DNA of 64,000 nucleotides, from NCBI GenBank assembly GCA_049472335.1, contig JBLIRO010000004.1, positions 14,368 to 78,367 on the forward strand, written 5' to 3'. The position numbers were made by a program, and so were the translations under genes. This document shows positions 18,340 through 27,536 of this stretch, in pieces. A model generated the notes under the pieces. It ran no database searches. It saw only the letters and a list, made by a program, of their open reading frames with translations, and was not told where the DNA came from. The stretch comes from a bacterium (GTDB lineage: Bacteria > SZUA-182 > DTGQ01 > JAFGSM01). Within the stretch, counting starts at the first letter, position 1. Each line of letters starts with the position of its first letter.

Positions 18340-19761
18340 ATGCAGGTTTGGAATGGTGTAAGATATCCCATGTTTAATATTTGTAAAATAAAATCTTATT
18401 GTTTTATAAATCTGGACAGGATTCAATATCATCTTAGAAAAAGAATTTTTTGCTCTAATGTTTCCATATTTTTAATAGCTTTCACTTTTTCGTCCTTTAT
18501 GCAAGTGACAGATATTTATGGACAGGTAAATTTAACATTTCAGCCAAAAGTTTCTTATAATGCTGCTGCTTTAATTTCATATGGGCCTTCATTTATCAAT
18601 TTTTTTCCCATTGGAAATACAGCACAAATATCTTATTATCCCAACCCTTCAAATTATCTATCTCAAAATGTTTTTTTCAATAGTCGTTCTATGACCGGAA
18701 GTCTCAACAATCAGTATTATACCCCCGGAGGAGGCTTCATGATATCCTCTCCAAATCTAAGATCGATACGATTTGATATGCAGAATGGATTCTCTTCTCC
18801 AGAGGTATATTTTTCAGCCCCGGGTAATATCAATAATGCACTGAGCCCTTTGTTGATTAATAGAGATTTCAGGACATTTCCTTATTATTCTCCTAAGTTA
18901 AATATGTTTCCTTCTGGTAATACGGGAAATTTTCAATTTAACCCCTCTTTTAATCCATTTAATCAATTTATCAACGGGGCCGGGGCCCTTAATTTTTATG
19001 GATCTATTAATAATAATCCAGCAAATTGGATCATTCCTGAGATCTTAACCCCGCCAGCTTCTGTGCCTGTTTATTATACATACAAGGTTCTCAATGTATA
19101 TCCACATGATCGCACTGCTTTTACACAGGGGCTTGTTTATGAAGATGGTTTTTTATATGAAGGGACAGGGATCTCCGGTCGTTCTACTTTGCGCAGGGTG
19201 GATTTGAAAACCGGTAATGTCCTGCAAAGCATAGATCTCCCGTCTCAATATTTCGGTGAGGGTATAACAATTTTAGGAGACAGGATAATACAATTGACAT
19301 GGCTCCACAATGTTGGATTTGTTTACGATAAATCAAGTTTTGAATTACTCCGGGAATTTTATTATCCCACTGAGGGCTGGGGAATTACATATGATGGTAA
19401 AAGCCTTATTATGAGTGATGGGTCCTCTAAATTGTATTTTCTGAATCCGGTAACGTTTGATGAAACTAAAACTATTCAAGTCTATGATAAATATGGCCCA
19501 GTGTCTTCCTTGAATGAGCTGGAATATATTAAAGGCGAAATTTATGCAAATGTTTTTAAGACTGACCGTATAGCAAGGATTTCACCTGCAACGGGTAAAG
19601 TGCTTGGATGGATAGATTTAAAAGGATTGCTTGGTCATGAGGAAGTTGCTTCTTCGGTTGATGTTCTAAATGGCATAGCTTATGATTCCGGGTCGGACCG
19701 ATTGTTTGTAACCGGAAAACTCTGGCCGAAACTTTTTGAGATTGAGTTAATCAATCTATGA
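18340..19761 (+). CDS. Glutaminyl-peptide cyclotransferase (beta-propeller type) with a low-complexity N-terminal extension of about 230 aa
   Basis: The C-terminal 240 aa (YKVLNVYPHDRTAFTQGLVYEDGFLYEGTGISGRSTLRRVDLKTGNV … NGIAYDSGSDRLFVTGKLWPKLFEI) match the plant/bacterial glutamine cyclotransferase family. The N-terminus has a signal-like segment, then N/S/P/F/Y-rich sequence. Start codon uncertain. Confidence 0.8.
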   Translation: MQVWNGVRYPMFNICKIKSYCFINLDRIQYHLRKRIFCSNVSIFLIAFTFSSFMQVTDIYGQVNLTFQPKVSYNAAALISYGPSFINFFPIGNTAQISYYPNPSNYLSQNVFFNSRSMTGSLNNQYYTPGGGFMISSPNLRSIRFDMQNGFSSPEVYFSAPGNINNALSPLLINRDFRTFPYYSPKLNMFPSGNTGNFQFNPSFNPFNQFINGAGALNFYGSINNNPANWIIPEILTPPASVPVYYTYKVLNVYPHDRTAFTQGLVYEDGFLYEGTGISGRSTLRRVDLKTGNVLQSIDLPSQYFGEGITILGDRIIQLTWLHNVGFVYDKSSFELLREFYYPTEGWGITYDGKSLIMSDGSSKLYFLNPVTFDETKTIQVYDKYGPVSSLNELEYIKGEIYANVFKTDRIARISPATGKVLGWIDLKGLLGHEEVASSVDVLNGIAYDSGSDRLFVTGKLWPKLFEIELINL

Positions 19762-19850
19762 TTAAATCAAACACGCTGTATCCTCAAGGTTTTTATATAT
19801 GCTTACCAGGAAGGACGGTCTTTTTAAAAGACCGGAAGATGATAATGAAA

Positions 19851-19903
19851 CAAACACAAAAAGACTCAGAAAGTATAATGCTGTCCGAGTCTTTTTGTGT
19901 TTG
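19851..19903. terminator. Bidirectional hairpin terminator between convergent genes
   Basis: Perfect 17-bp stem, CAAACACAAAAAGACTC (19851-19867) pairing with GAGTCTTTTTGTGTTTG (19887-19903), with a 19-nt loop. A second small palindrome, CGGTCTTTT/AAAAGACCG, lies at 19816-19834. Confidence 0.6.
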
Positions 19904-19913
19904 AACTGATTTA

Positions 19914-20285
19914 TCACCACCATCCCGGCCCGTAAAGACCGCCATAGATACCCCGTCCAGGATACGCACTGGCGTAAAGGCCTCCATAGAGTCCATAACC
20001 TCCGTAAAGGCCTCCATACAGACCCCATGCACCACCATATAGCCCCGACCAGGGATATGCGCCTCCATACAGACCCCATGAACCTCCATAGAGCCCATAA
20101 GGTCCATATTGTCCGGAAAATCCATAGGTGTTTTGAATTCCTAAAGGGTAATTATAAAGGGTCCAGTATGGACGGGTATATGCCGGTATATTGCTAAGAT
20201 AGGCATTTGCCTGAATAACAAAGCAAAGGCTGAAGACGAAGAAAAGAACAAAGATGAAATACAGAGAAATTCCGTTTCTCCTCAT
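19914..20285 (-). CDS. Secreted Gly/Tyr/Trp-rich repeat protein (123 aa, GLYGG repeats)
   Basis: AAGGAGG RBS. Signal peptide ending VIQANA. The mature part is dominated by GLYGG/WGLYGG units. The two other ORFs on this stretch are repeat shadows. Confidence 0.75.
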   Translation of the reverse strand: MRRNGISLYFIFVLFFVFSLCFVIQANAYLSNIPAYTRPYWTLYNYPLGIQNTYGFSGQYGPYGLYGGSWGLYGGAYPWSGLYGGAWGLYGGLYGGYGLYGGLYASAYPGRGIYGGLYGPGWW

Positions 20286-20909
20286 TAGGTTAACCTCCTT
20301 TAGCTCCTTTTATAATGATATGTTAAGATAAATATTAAAAAAATGAGATAAAAAAGTTCTCCTAATATTTATCTTATTCATCACCCCCTTTCAAATCCCC
20401 CTATTTCGTTCATTTGATTTATTATTTGAGTTTATTTTTTATAGAGAAAAAGCAAAAACCCATATTTATATTATAGCATAAATTTTTAAGTGGATTCATA
20501 AAAACATAATAAATCATTGAAATTAAGAACCTAATCAAACAATTTTATTATATTTTACATCATAATAAAAATTTAAATTAATGGTTGGCTCATTGTTTGC
20601 TTAAACAATCGTGGTATATATTTTTATAAAGGTAATGCAGTATTCGATTATCTTCTATTATTCAATATGTTATAATTCAGTATTATATATGAAATGTGTA
20701 AAATCAATTGTTGATGAAAATACCTGTTTCAGCCAGTACCCAAAAAAAGGGAGAGTCTGAAAACAGGTATATCGATTAATCATTTGAATATTAAAAATTA
20801 AAAAATGGAAAAATGCTTGATAAAGGGCAGCACCTATGGCAAACTGTACGGCGTCTCCTCACAAAAGAAAATCTATCATGATATTCAAGTTGTTAAATAA
20901 GGCATTGTT

Positions 20910-23900
20910 ATGTTAATAGATGATAAGGCATTACATGCATTTCATCCTTTGATAGTTAAATGGTTCACTAAAAGATACGGTTCACCAACAGATATTCAGG
21001 CAATGGCATGGGAGAAAATCCGCAGAGGAGAGCATATCCTTTTGAGTGCCCCTACCGGAAGCGGAAAGACCCTGGCTGCCTTTCTTTGGGCTATTAATCA
21101 GCTTGTCACGGGTGCCTGGCCTCTTCATCAGACAAGTGTACTCTATATTTCTCCGTTAAAGGCATTGAATAATGATATCAGTGAGAACCTCCTGCTTCCC
21201 TTAAAAGAGCTTCAAGCATATTTTGATTTTCACGGTAAAAATTTCCCCTCTATTAATGTAAAAACACGCAGCGGGGATACTCCTCAGGCTGAAAGGCAAA
21301 GGATGATTCGCAGGGCCCCTGAAATCCTCATTACCACCCCTGAGAGCCTTAATCTGATAATTAGTTCAAAGAGGTCACGGCTAATATTAACATCTATAAC
21401 AACTATTATATTGGACGAGATCCATGCCATAGCAGATAATAAAAGGGGAACGCATCTTATAAGCGCGGTAGACAGGATTGTTCCATTATCAGGTGAATTT
21501 CAGCGCATAGGTCTGTCCGCCACTATCAGACCATTACAGAGGGTAGCCGATTTTATTGCAGGATTTATTATAAAAGAGGAGAACGGAGAAACGGTCCATA
21601 ATAAAAGGGAAGTAAAGATCATTCACTCTAACGTTCAAAAACGGTTTGATGTTGAAGTCTTATTTCCTCATGATATAGTGGAGTATGATAAAGAAAATAA
21701 CTGGTGGCCCGCGCTGATATCCGAGTTTATCAGCATAATCAAAAAAAATCGTTCAACCCTTTTTTTTGCCAATAATAGAAAGCTCACGGAAAAGATCAGC
21801 AGGTTGATCAATGATGCTTATGGTGAGCTTATAGCCTATTCCCACCATGGCTCACTTTCAAAAGAGATAAGGCACCATGTGGAACAGAAACTCAAAAAGG
21901 GGGAATTAAAGGCAATCGTAGCTACAAGCTCACTCGAGCTTGGGATTGATATTGGCACCCTGGATGAAGTAATACTCATTCAGGCCCCTTTTTCCATAGC
22001 AGCCGGGGTTCAGAGGGTGGGTCGCTCCGGGCATTCAGTTGGGGATACCAGCAGGGCAAGGATTTATCCCCTTTTTGGGAGGGATCTCATCAACTGTTCG
22101 GTTATGGCTAAAGGGATTATGGAAAAGGATATTGAAGAGATACATATTCCGGAATGCCCCCTCGATGTGCTTGCCCAGGTCATTCTCTCCATGGTTGGTG
22201 TGGAGCAATGGGACAGGGATCGGCTGTTTTGTTTTTTAAGATCCAGCTATTCCTTTAATAAATTAACCAGACGCCAATATGACATGGTTTTGGAGATGCT
22301 TGCCGGCCGTTACTCTGATTCCAGGATCCGTGAGCTCAGGCCGAGGATTTCCATAGATAATCTTGATAATACCGTTAAAGGAAAAGCAGGTGTGTTGCAG
22401 ATATTGTACCTTTCGGGAGGGACAATCCCGGACCGCGGATATTATAACCTGCGCCTTTCTGACACAAGGGCAAAGCTAGGTGAGCTGGATGAGGAGTTTG
22501 TCTGGGAAAGGCATATTGGGGATACCTTTACTTTAGGGACACAATCCTGGAAGATTACAAGGATTGACCATCAGGATGTACATGTAGTTCCTCATAAAAG
22601 GACCGGCAGCATGGCACCCTTCTGGAGAGCGGAAACCTTCAGCCGCAGTTTTTATCTTTCAGAAAAGATCGCCCTTTTTTTAAAGGAATGGAACAAAAGG
22701 ATAGAAGATAAAAATGCCGTTCTATCTTTAAAAACGGAATACTATTTGAATGATGAAGCTGCCGCCGCAATCATAGAATTCTTAAAAAGACAGAAAAACT
22801 CTACAGGATCGGATTTGCCTCACCGTAATTTACTTGTCATCGAACATTTTGCCGATCCCCTTATCAGGGATAATAGCAAACAAATTATTCTGCATACCCT
22901 ATGGGGCGGCCAGGTAAACCTGCCTTTTTTCGTTGCTCTTTTACAAGCATTTGAAGAAAGGTATCATTTCCATCTTCATGGATTTCAGGATAATGATTGT
23001 GTCCTGCTCAATCTGCCTGATAATTTTGCTGTTCAGGAGATCTTCGATTTAGTGAACCCTGAAAATATTTATATTTTATTGAGAAGGAGACTGGAAAAAA
23101 CAGGTTTCTTTGGCGCCAGGTTCAGGGAAAACGCCGCCCGGGCCCTTTTACTCCCCAGGCAGGGATTTCACAAGAGGATGCCCAGATGGCTAAACAGACT
23201 AAGGTCCAAAAAACTGTTCGATGCAGTTATAAAATATGAGGATTTTCCCATTCTGGCTGAAACCTGGAGGGAATGCCTTCAGGATGAATTTGATCTGCCG
23301 AATCTTGTCAAGCTTCTGGATGAAATCCGGGATGGCAGGATTGAGATAAAAGAGGTTGTAACCAGAATCCCTTCCCCCTTTACAGCCAATATTATATGGC
23401 AGCAGACCAATAAATTTATTTATGAAGACGATACGCCATCAGAGGCCGCTGCCTCTCATCTCAAAAGAGATATTATTGAAGAGATCGTTTTTACTCCTGA
23501 ATTGAGGCCTCATATTACCCCGGCCGTTCTTCAGGAATTTACTCATAAAATCCAGAGGACCTTTCCGGGTTATGCCCCTGCCACCCCAGCTGAGCTGCTG
23601 GACTGTCTTAAAGAAAGGATTGTGATACCGGAAACGGAATGGCAGAATCTGCTTAAGGCTTCCGGGATCGATAGCACCATTTTGCAAAAAATGATTATTC
23701 AGAGACGTCTTCCCGGTGCATCGATATCCGTAATGGTGGCAAATGAAAACAATCCCGGATTGGAAAAGGCCCTTGCGGGAGATGAAGAAACACTATCAGG
23801 ACTATTTGCAGAGTGGATTCAGTTTTACGGCCCCATCACCAGAAACCTGATCAGGGATGTCTGGGGATTAACTGATGAGAGGATCAATAATCTTCTAGAA

Positions 23901-25247
23901 GGGCTTGTCGATCAAAAAGCTGTCATCACCGGCAATATATCGGAAAAAGGGGAGGGGAGGGAATGGTGCGACGCGCAAAATCTGGAGATCCTCCTCCGGA
24001 TGGCAAGGAAAAAGGGAAGGGCAGAATTTGAGCCCCTGGATATCTCCCTTTTGCCGCTTTTCATTGCCCATTACCAGGGATTGACGGATCCCGGGAATTC
24101 CATGGAAGACCTGAAGGGGATCCTGGAAAGCCTCTGGGGGTATCCTGCCCAGGCCATCCTGTGGGAGACTGAAATACTTCCTGCCAGGATGGAGCCTTAT
24201 TATCCGTCATGGTTGGATACTCTATTCCTCGAGAGTGAAATGATGTGGTTCGGATGCGGCAAAGAAAGGGTCGGATTTTGTTTTGAAGGTGACCTCGAGC
24301 TTTTTAAATCCCCTAACTCCATGAAAAAGCTACAAAAAGAACCTGATTTTTTCCCTGATATGGATGGGAGGTACAGTTTCTGGGATTTAGCCGGGATAAG
24401 CGGGATGCATTCAGAGACCCTCACCAAAAAGCTTTGGGATATGACCTGGAAAGGACTTATCTCAAATGACAGAATACAGGTTTTGCGAAAGGGAATAGAA
24501 AACAGATTTCAACCGTTCTCTCTCCCTGCACCTTCTTCGGGAAGGAGGTTCAGGGGGACTCGTTACCATTTTAACCGCTGGCAATCCTCAAGACCCGCTT
24601 CCGGAAACTGGTATATGATGAAACCTCCTGAAGAACCGGAAGATATGGTGGAAAAGGAAGAGATCATAAGAGACAGGATCCGCATCCTTTTTCAAAGATA
24701 CGGCGTCCTCTTTAGAGAAATACTCGATCATGAGCTGAAAGATCTGCAATGGTCGTCTGTTTTTAGAAGCCTCAGGATAATGGAACTCTCAGGAGAGATT
24801 ATGGCAGGCCATTTTTTCAAGGGTATATCAGGTATGCAGTTTGTCTCAAAGAATGCTTATGGAAAAATAAGGAAAAAGCTCCCTCAGGATGCCATATACT
24901 GGATGAATGCGGCTGATCCTGCATCACTTTGCGGTATAAAAATCGATTCTCTAAAGACACGTCTTCCCTCCCGTATTCCCTCGAATCATCTTGTTTTCCA
25001 TGGAAAAAGACTGGTTTTGATTTCAATGCAAAAAGGGAAAAAACTGGTGTTTTTTGTACCTCCGGATGATCCGGAATTACCGAAATACCTAAAGGTCTTC
25101 AAGGTCCAGTTAATAAGAAGATTCAATCCCTTAAAGAAAATAAAAGTGGAAACGGTTAATGAAGAACCCTCGGTTGAAAGCCCTTATAAGGATGCCCTTA
25201 TGGCATTTGGTTTTACAAAAGATTATCTTAGCCTGGTTTTAAGATAA
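20910..25247 (+). CDS. lhr: Lhr-type large ATP-dependent DEAD/DEAH-box helicase (1445 aa)
   Basis: Motif I SAPTGSGKTLAAF, motif II DEIH, motif VI QRVGRSGH. The size and long C-terminal extension are typical of Lhr. Confidence 0.9.
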   Translation: MLIDDKALHAFHPLIVKWFTKRYGSPTDIQAMAWEKIRRGEHILLSAPTGSGKTLAAFLWAINQLVTGAWPLHQTSVLYISPLKALNNDISENLLLPLKELQAYFDFHGKNFPSINVKTRSGDTPQAERQRMIRRAPEILITTPESLNLIISSKRSRLILTSITTIILDEIHAIADNKRGTHLISAVDRIVPLSGEFQRIGLSATIRPLQRVADFIAGFIIKEENGETVHNKREVKIIHSNVQKRFDVEVLFPHDIVEYDKENNWWPALISEFISIIKKNRSTLFFANNRKLTEKISRLINDAYGELIAYSHHGSLSKEIRHHVEQKLKKGELKAIVATSSLELGIDIGTLDEVILIQAPFSIAAGVQRVGRSGHSVGDTSRARIYPLFGRDLINCSVMAKGIMEKDIEEIHIPECPLDVLAQVILSMVGVEQWDRDRLFCFLRSSYSFNKLTRRQYDMVLEMLAGRYSDSRIRELRPRISIDNLDNTVKGKAGVLQILYLSGGTIPDRGYYNLRLSDTRAKLGELDEEFVWERHIGDTFTLGTQSWKITRIDHQDVHVVPHKRTGSMAPFWRAETFSRSFYLSEKIALFLKEWNKRIEDKNAVLSLKTEYYLNDEAAAAIIEFLKRQKNSTGSDLPHRNLLVIEHFADPLIRDNSKQIILHTLWGGQVNLPFFVALLQAFEERYHFHLHGFQDNDCVLLNLPDNFAVQEIFDLVNPENIYILLRRRLEKTGFFGARFRENAARALLLPRQGFHKRMPRWLNRLRSKKLFDAVIKYEDFPILAETWRECLQDEFDLPNLVKLLDEIRDGRIEIKEVVTRIPSPFTANIIWQQTNKFIYEDDTPSEAAASHLKRDIIEEIVFTPELRPHITPAVLQEFTHKIQRTFPGYAPATPAELLDCLKERIVIPETEWQNLLKASGIDSTILQKMIIQRRLPGASISVMVANENNPGLEKALAGDEETLSGLFAEWIQFYGPITRNLIRDVWGLTDERINNLLEGLVDQKAVITGNISEKGEGREWCDAQNLEILLRMARKKGRAEFEPLDISLLPLFIAHYQGLTDPGNSMEDLKGILESLWGYPAQAILWETEILPARMEPYYPSWLDTLFLESEMMWFGCGKERVGFCFEGDLELFKSPNSMKKLQKEPDFFPDMDGRYSFWDLAGISGMHSETLTKKLWDMTWKGLISNDRIQVLRKGIENRFQPFSLPAPSSGRRFRGTRYHFNRWQSSRPASGNWYMMKPPEEPEDMVEKEEIIRDRIRILFQRYGVLFREILDHELKDLQWSSVFRSLRIMELSGEIMAGHFFKGISGMQFVSKNAYGKIRKKLPQDAIYWMNAADPASLCGIKIDSLKTRLPSRIPSNHLVFHGKRLVLISMQKGKKLVFFVPPDDPELPKYLKVFKVQLIRRFNPLKKIKVETVNEEPSVESPYKDALMAFGFTKDYLSLVLR

Positions 25248-25572
25248 TCTTTTTCTCTTTCCAGGATATATACGTCGATCATTGAGAAAAGAAGATTCTC
25301 CTCCCACTGGATATGTCATTGGTTTTTGCCATATCAAATAAGATGTTTTAAGAGGTATGTATCATAGTTTATAAGTCTATATACTTAATATTTATGACAA
25401 TATTATTTGATCTTAATGGTAATATTATTCGACCTTGTTTTGTCATTTACATATTAAAATATAAAAAATCAAACAGTTTATAGATAATCATGTTGTTTTA
25501 AGAAACATAAAAAAATGGAATATTTTATGCTAATTTAATTTTCAAAATGGCTTATAAAAGGAGTAAAACTTT

Positions 25573-25950
25573 ATGAAAGCCCCTTTTTGGGAAATTATTA
25601 AAAGAAATTTGTGGATTAAGACAGGAATAAAGATCCTGATGTTCCTTTTGGTAGCGCTTATGTATCTGGATGGTCTGCATTATCCGCAATGCATGTGTAT
25701 CTTCCCTGATGAGATACTGGACCTTTCGTTTTCATTTTTACCTTACCAGGTAGAAATCGAAAAAGGCATCTTGTGTGAAGAATCAAATGAGCAAACATTT
25801 AATCTTGTTAGGGAAATCCAAATATTTTCTGTGCAACAAACTCTTAAAATAAAAAATAATTCATTAAATACATCTTTGATATCGAATGAATTTTTAGTAT
25901 CTCAAGGTTTTAAGAAAAGATTATCCTCTCTCCAGCAGTATAATTGCTGA
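25573..25950 (+). CDS. Hypothetical membrane-anchored protein (125 aa)
   Basis: AAGGAG lies 9 nt upstream of the ATG. One predicted TM helix (IKILMFLLVALMYL). No homology recognised. Confidence 0.4.
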   Translation: MKAPFWEIIKRNLWIKTGIKILMFLLVALMYLDGLHYPQCMCIFPDEILDLSFSFLPYQVEIEKGILCEESNEQTFNLVREIQIFSVQQTLKIKNNSLNTSLISNEFLVSQGFKKRLSSLQQYNC

Positions 25951-26175
25951 AGTTTAATTTCACTGTTTCATGCCTTTTTCAGGCGCTTTTAATCCTTTTT
26001 ATTCCATTTAGTTAAAAATATCTATTTTTGGGGTAAAAAAGAATCTGATAGGGTTATCATGAATAATATAGACTGTACACAGTATTTAAACGGATTAGCT
26101 AAAAATACGGAAAGATTGGAGGTTAAAAAGATTTTTAAAAATTAAATAAGAAGTCTAGGTTTATGGAGGTTTGAG

Positions 26176-27198
26176 ATGTGTAGGTTCATGGATGATTTTA
26201 GTACAAAAATAAACTGTCCCAGGTGTGTAATCCTGTTATTTTTGCTGATATTATCCTTCATCTTTGTTTCAACGGGTAATGCTTATTATGGTCTTTCAGG
26301 TCTTGGGAGCTATAGCGGTCTGTATAGAGGGCTTGGATTATATGGCTTTGGCGGAGGCCTCTATGGCCTTGGACTTTACGGCCTTAGCGGCCTTGGGGGA
26401 TTAAGCGGATTATACGGACTGAGTGGTCTCTATGGTTTGAACAGACTGTATGGGATTGGCGGTATTTACGGTTTAAACGGCCTTTATGGCTTAAATAGCC
26501 TTTATAGTCTTTGTGGTCTATATGGCCTGGGTGGTCTTTATGGCTTTGGTAATCTGGGTTTCTATGGCGGTTCATTAGGTCTTGGCGGTCTTACCGGCCT
26601 GGGCGGTCTCGGAGGTCTTTTAGGAGGTTTGTACGGTCTCGGAGGTATAGGCTCTCTCTTGTCAAGTCTTATCTCACAACCACAGACAACTGTAGCATCT
26701 GCCATAACTACACCTACTACAGTAGCAGGTACAACAATATTGGTGATACCGCCGACAGCGACTGCCACCGTATCCGCCCTTTTGCCCCTGTTGCCTTTGC
26801 CTGTTGTTCCCCTGCCTGTGGCAGCTTTGCCTCTGGCACCTTTATTTATAGCTGAACAAGCAGGCACTTGGATGGGTATATGGACCAATGGTCTGCTCTC
26901 AGGACAGATGACACTAAATCTGGTTGATGCACTTGGTTTTATTACAGGTACAGCCCAGCTTCTTAGTAATCCAACATTGGGTTCACTGGTGGATGTAACA
27001 GGAACTGTTATCAATGCCCAGATTACCGTAAGTGGAACCGGAGTCGGCCTTGGAGGCATGAGCTTCGGGCTTGACCTTGTAGGGATCCTTACAGCTACAG
27101 ATACAATGACCGGTAATTATAGCATCATCAATCTGAGTGGTGGAACTGTTGTTGATCAGGGACGTTTCAACCTTGTCCTTATCGCACCGGTTATCTAA
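26176..27198 (+). CDS. Secreted Gly/Tyr-rich hexad-repeat protein (340 aa) with a Pro/Thr/Ala linker and a C-terminal AEQAGTW domain
   Basis: GGAGG RBS. Signal peptide ending STGNA. About 150 aa of LxxLYG-type repeats (LSGLYG LNRLYG IGGIYG LNGLYG LNSLYS LCGLYG LGGLYG). The C-terminal domain of about 110 aa is shared with the next gene. Confidence 0.8.
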   Translation: MCRFMDDFSTKINCPRCVILLFLLILSFIFVSTGNAYYGLSGLGSYSGLYRGLGLYGFGGGLYGLGLYGLSGLGGLSGLYGLSGLYGLNRLYGIGGIYGLNGLYGLNSLYSLCGLYGLGGLYGFGNLGFYGGSLGLGGLTGLGGLGGLLGGLYGLGGIGSLLSSLISQPQTTVASAITTPTTVAGTTILVIPPTATATVSALLPLLPLPVVPLPVAALPLAPLFIAEQAGTWMGIWTNGLLSGQMTLNLVDALGFITGTAQLLSNPTLGSLVDVTGTVINAQITVSGTGVGLGGMSFGLDLVGILTATDTMTGNYSIINLSGGTVVDQGRFNLVLIAPVI

Positions 27199-27261
27199 AG
27201 TGAGTGAAGAAATATCCTGAAAGGGATTTGATCAGGATTATTATGATCTTAAGGATTAGTT

Positions 27262-27315
27262 AAAACGGGGTTGACCTCCCCCTTTATTCTATAAGAATAA
27301 GGTCAGCCTCGTTTT
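27262..27315 (+). terminator. Rho-independent terminator after the 340-aa repeat-protein gene
   Basis: Long imperfect hairpin, AAAACGGGGTTGACCT … AGGTCAGCCTCGTTTT, followed by TTTTATTT. Confidence 0.6.
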
Positions 27316-27323
27316 ATTTAAAG

Positions 27324-27510
27324 AAATGCAAATTGCAAATTGTAAAATGCAAAATGAGGGAAAAAGGTCGTTTGGAAATGCAAATGGCAAATAGAAAATA
27401 CAAAAAAAGAAATGAGTAATATAAAAGCAAAATTTGTAACAACTACCAATAATGATTTGAGTAAGTTTTTAAAATTTGAATTTTACATTTTGCATTTTGA
27501 AATTTGCATT
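27324..27510. promoter_or_regulatory. Array of AAATGCAAA-type boxes in both orientations upstream of the 27537 gene
   Basis: Forward copies at about 27324, 27344 and 27376, with degenerate TTGCAAAT, GGCAAAT and AAATACAAA copies. Reverse copies (TTTGCATTT, ATTTGCATT) at 27488-27510, directly before the RBS. Confidence 0.35.
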
Positions 27511-27536
27511 ATTTGACAAAAAGGAGGTGTATGTTT

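Noticed and set aside
19762-20125. Two ORFs of 105 and 110 aa overlapping the GLYGG gene region.
   Set aside because: These are alternative frames of the same repeat DNA. Only the 123-aa frame has an RBS plus a signal peptide.
20286-20909. 624-nt AT-rich gap with no credible ORF, which could hold an ncRNA.
   Set aside because: I could see no conserved structure, repeats or RNA-family motif. It is most simply the divergent promoter region for the GLYGG gene and lhr.
26562-27059. 165-aa antisense ORF rich in Pro/Arg opposite the 340-aa repeat protein.
   Set aside because: It is a reverse-complement artefact of the Gly/Leu/Tyr codon repeats, with no start context.
27324-27386. ATGCAAAT resembling the eukaryotic octamer element.
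   Set aside because: It has no relevance in a bacterium. It is treated only as a repeated AT-rich box.
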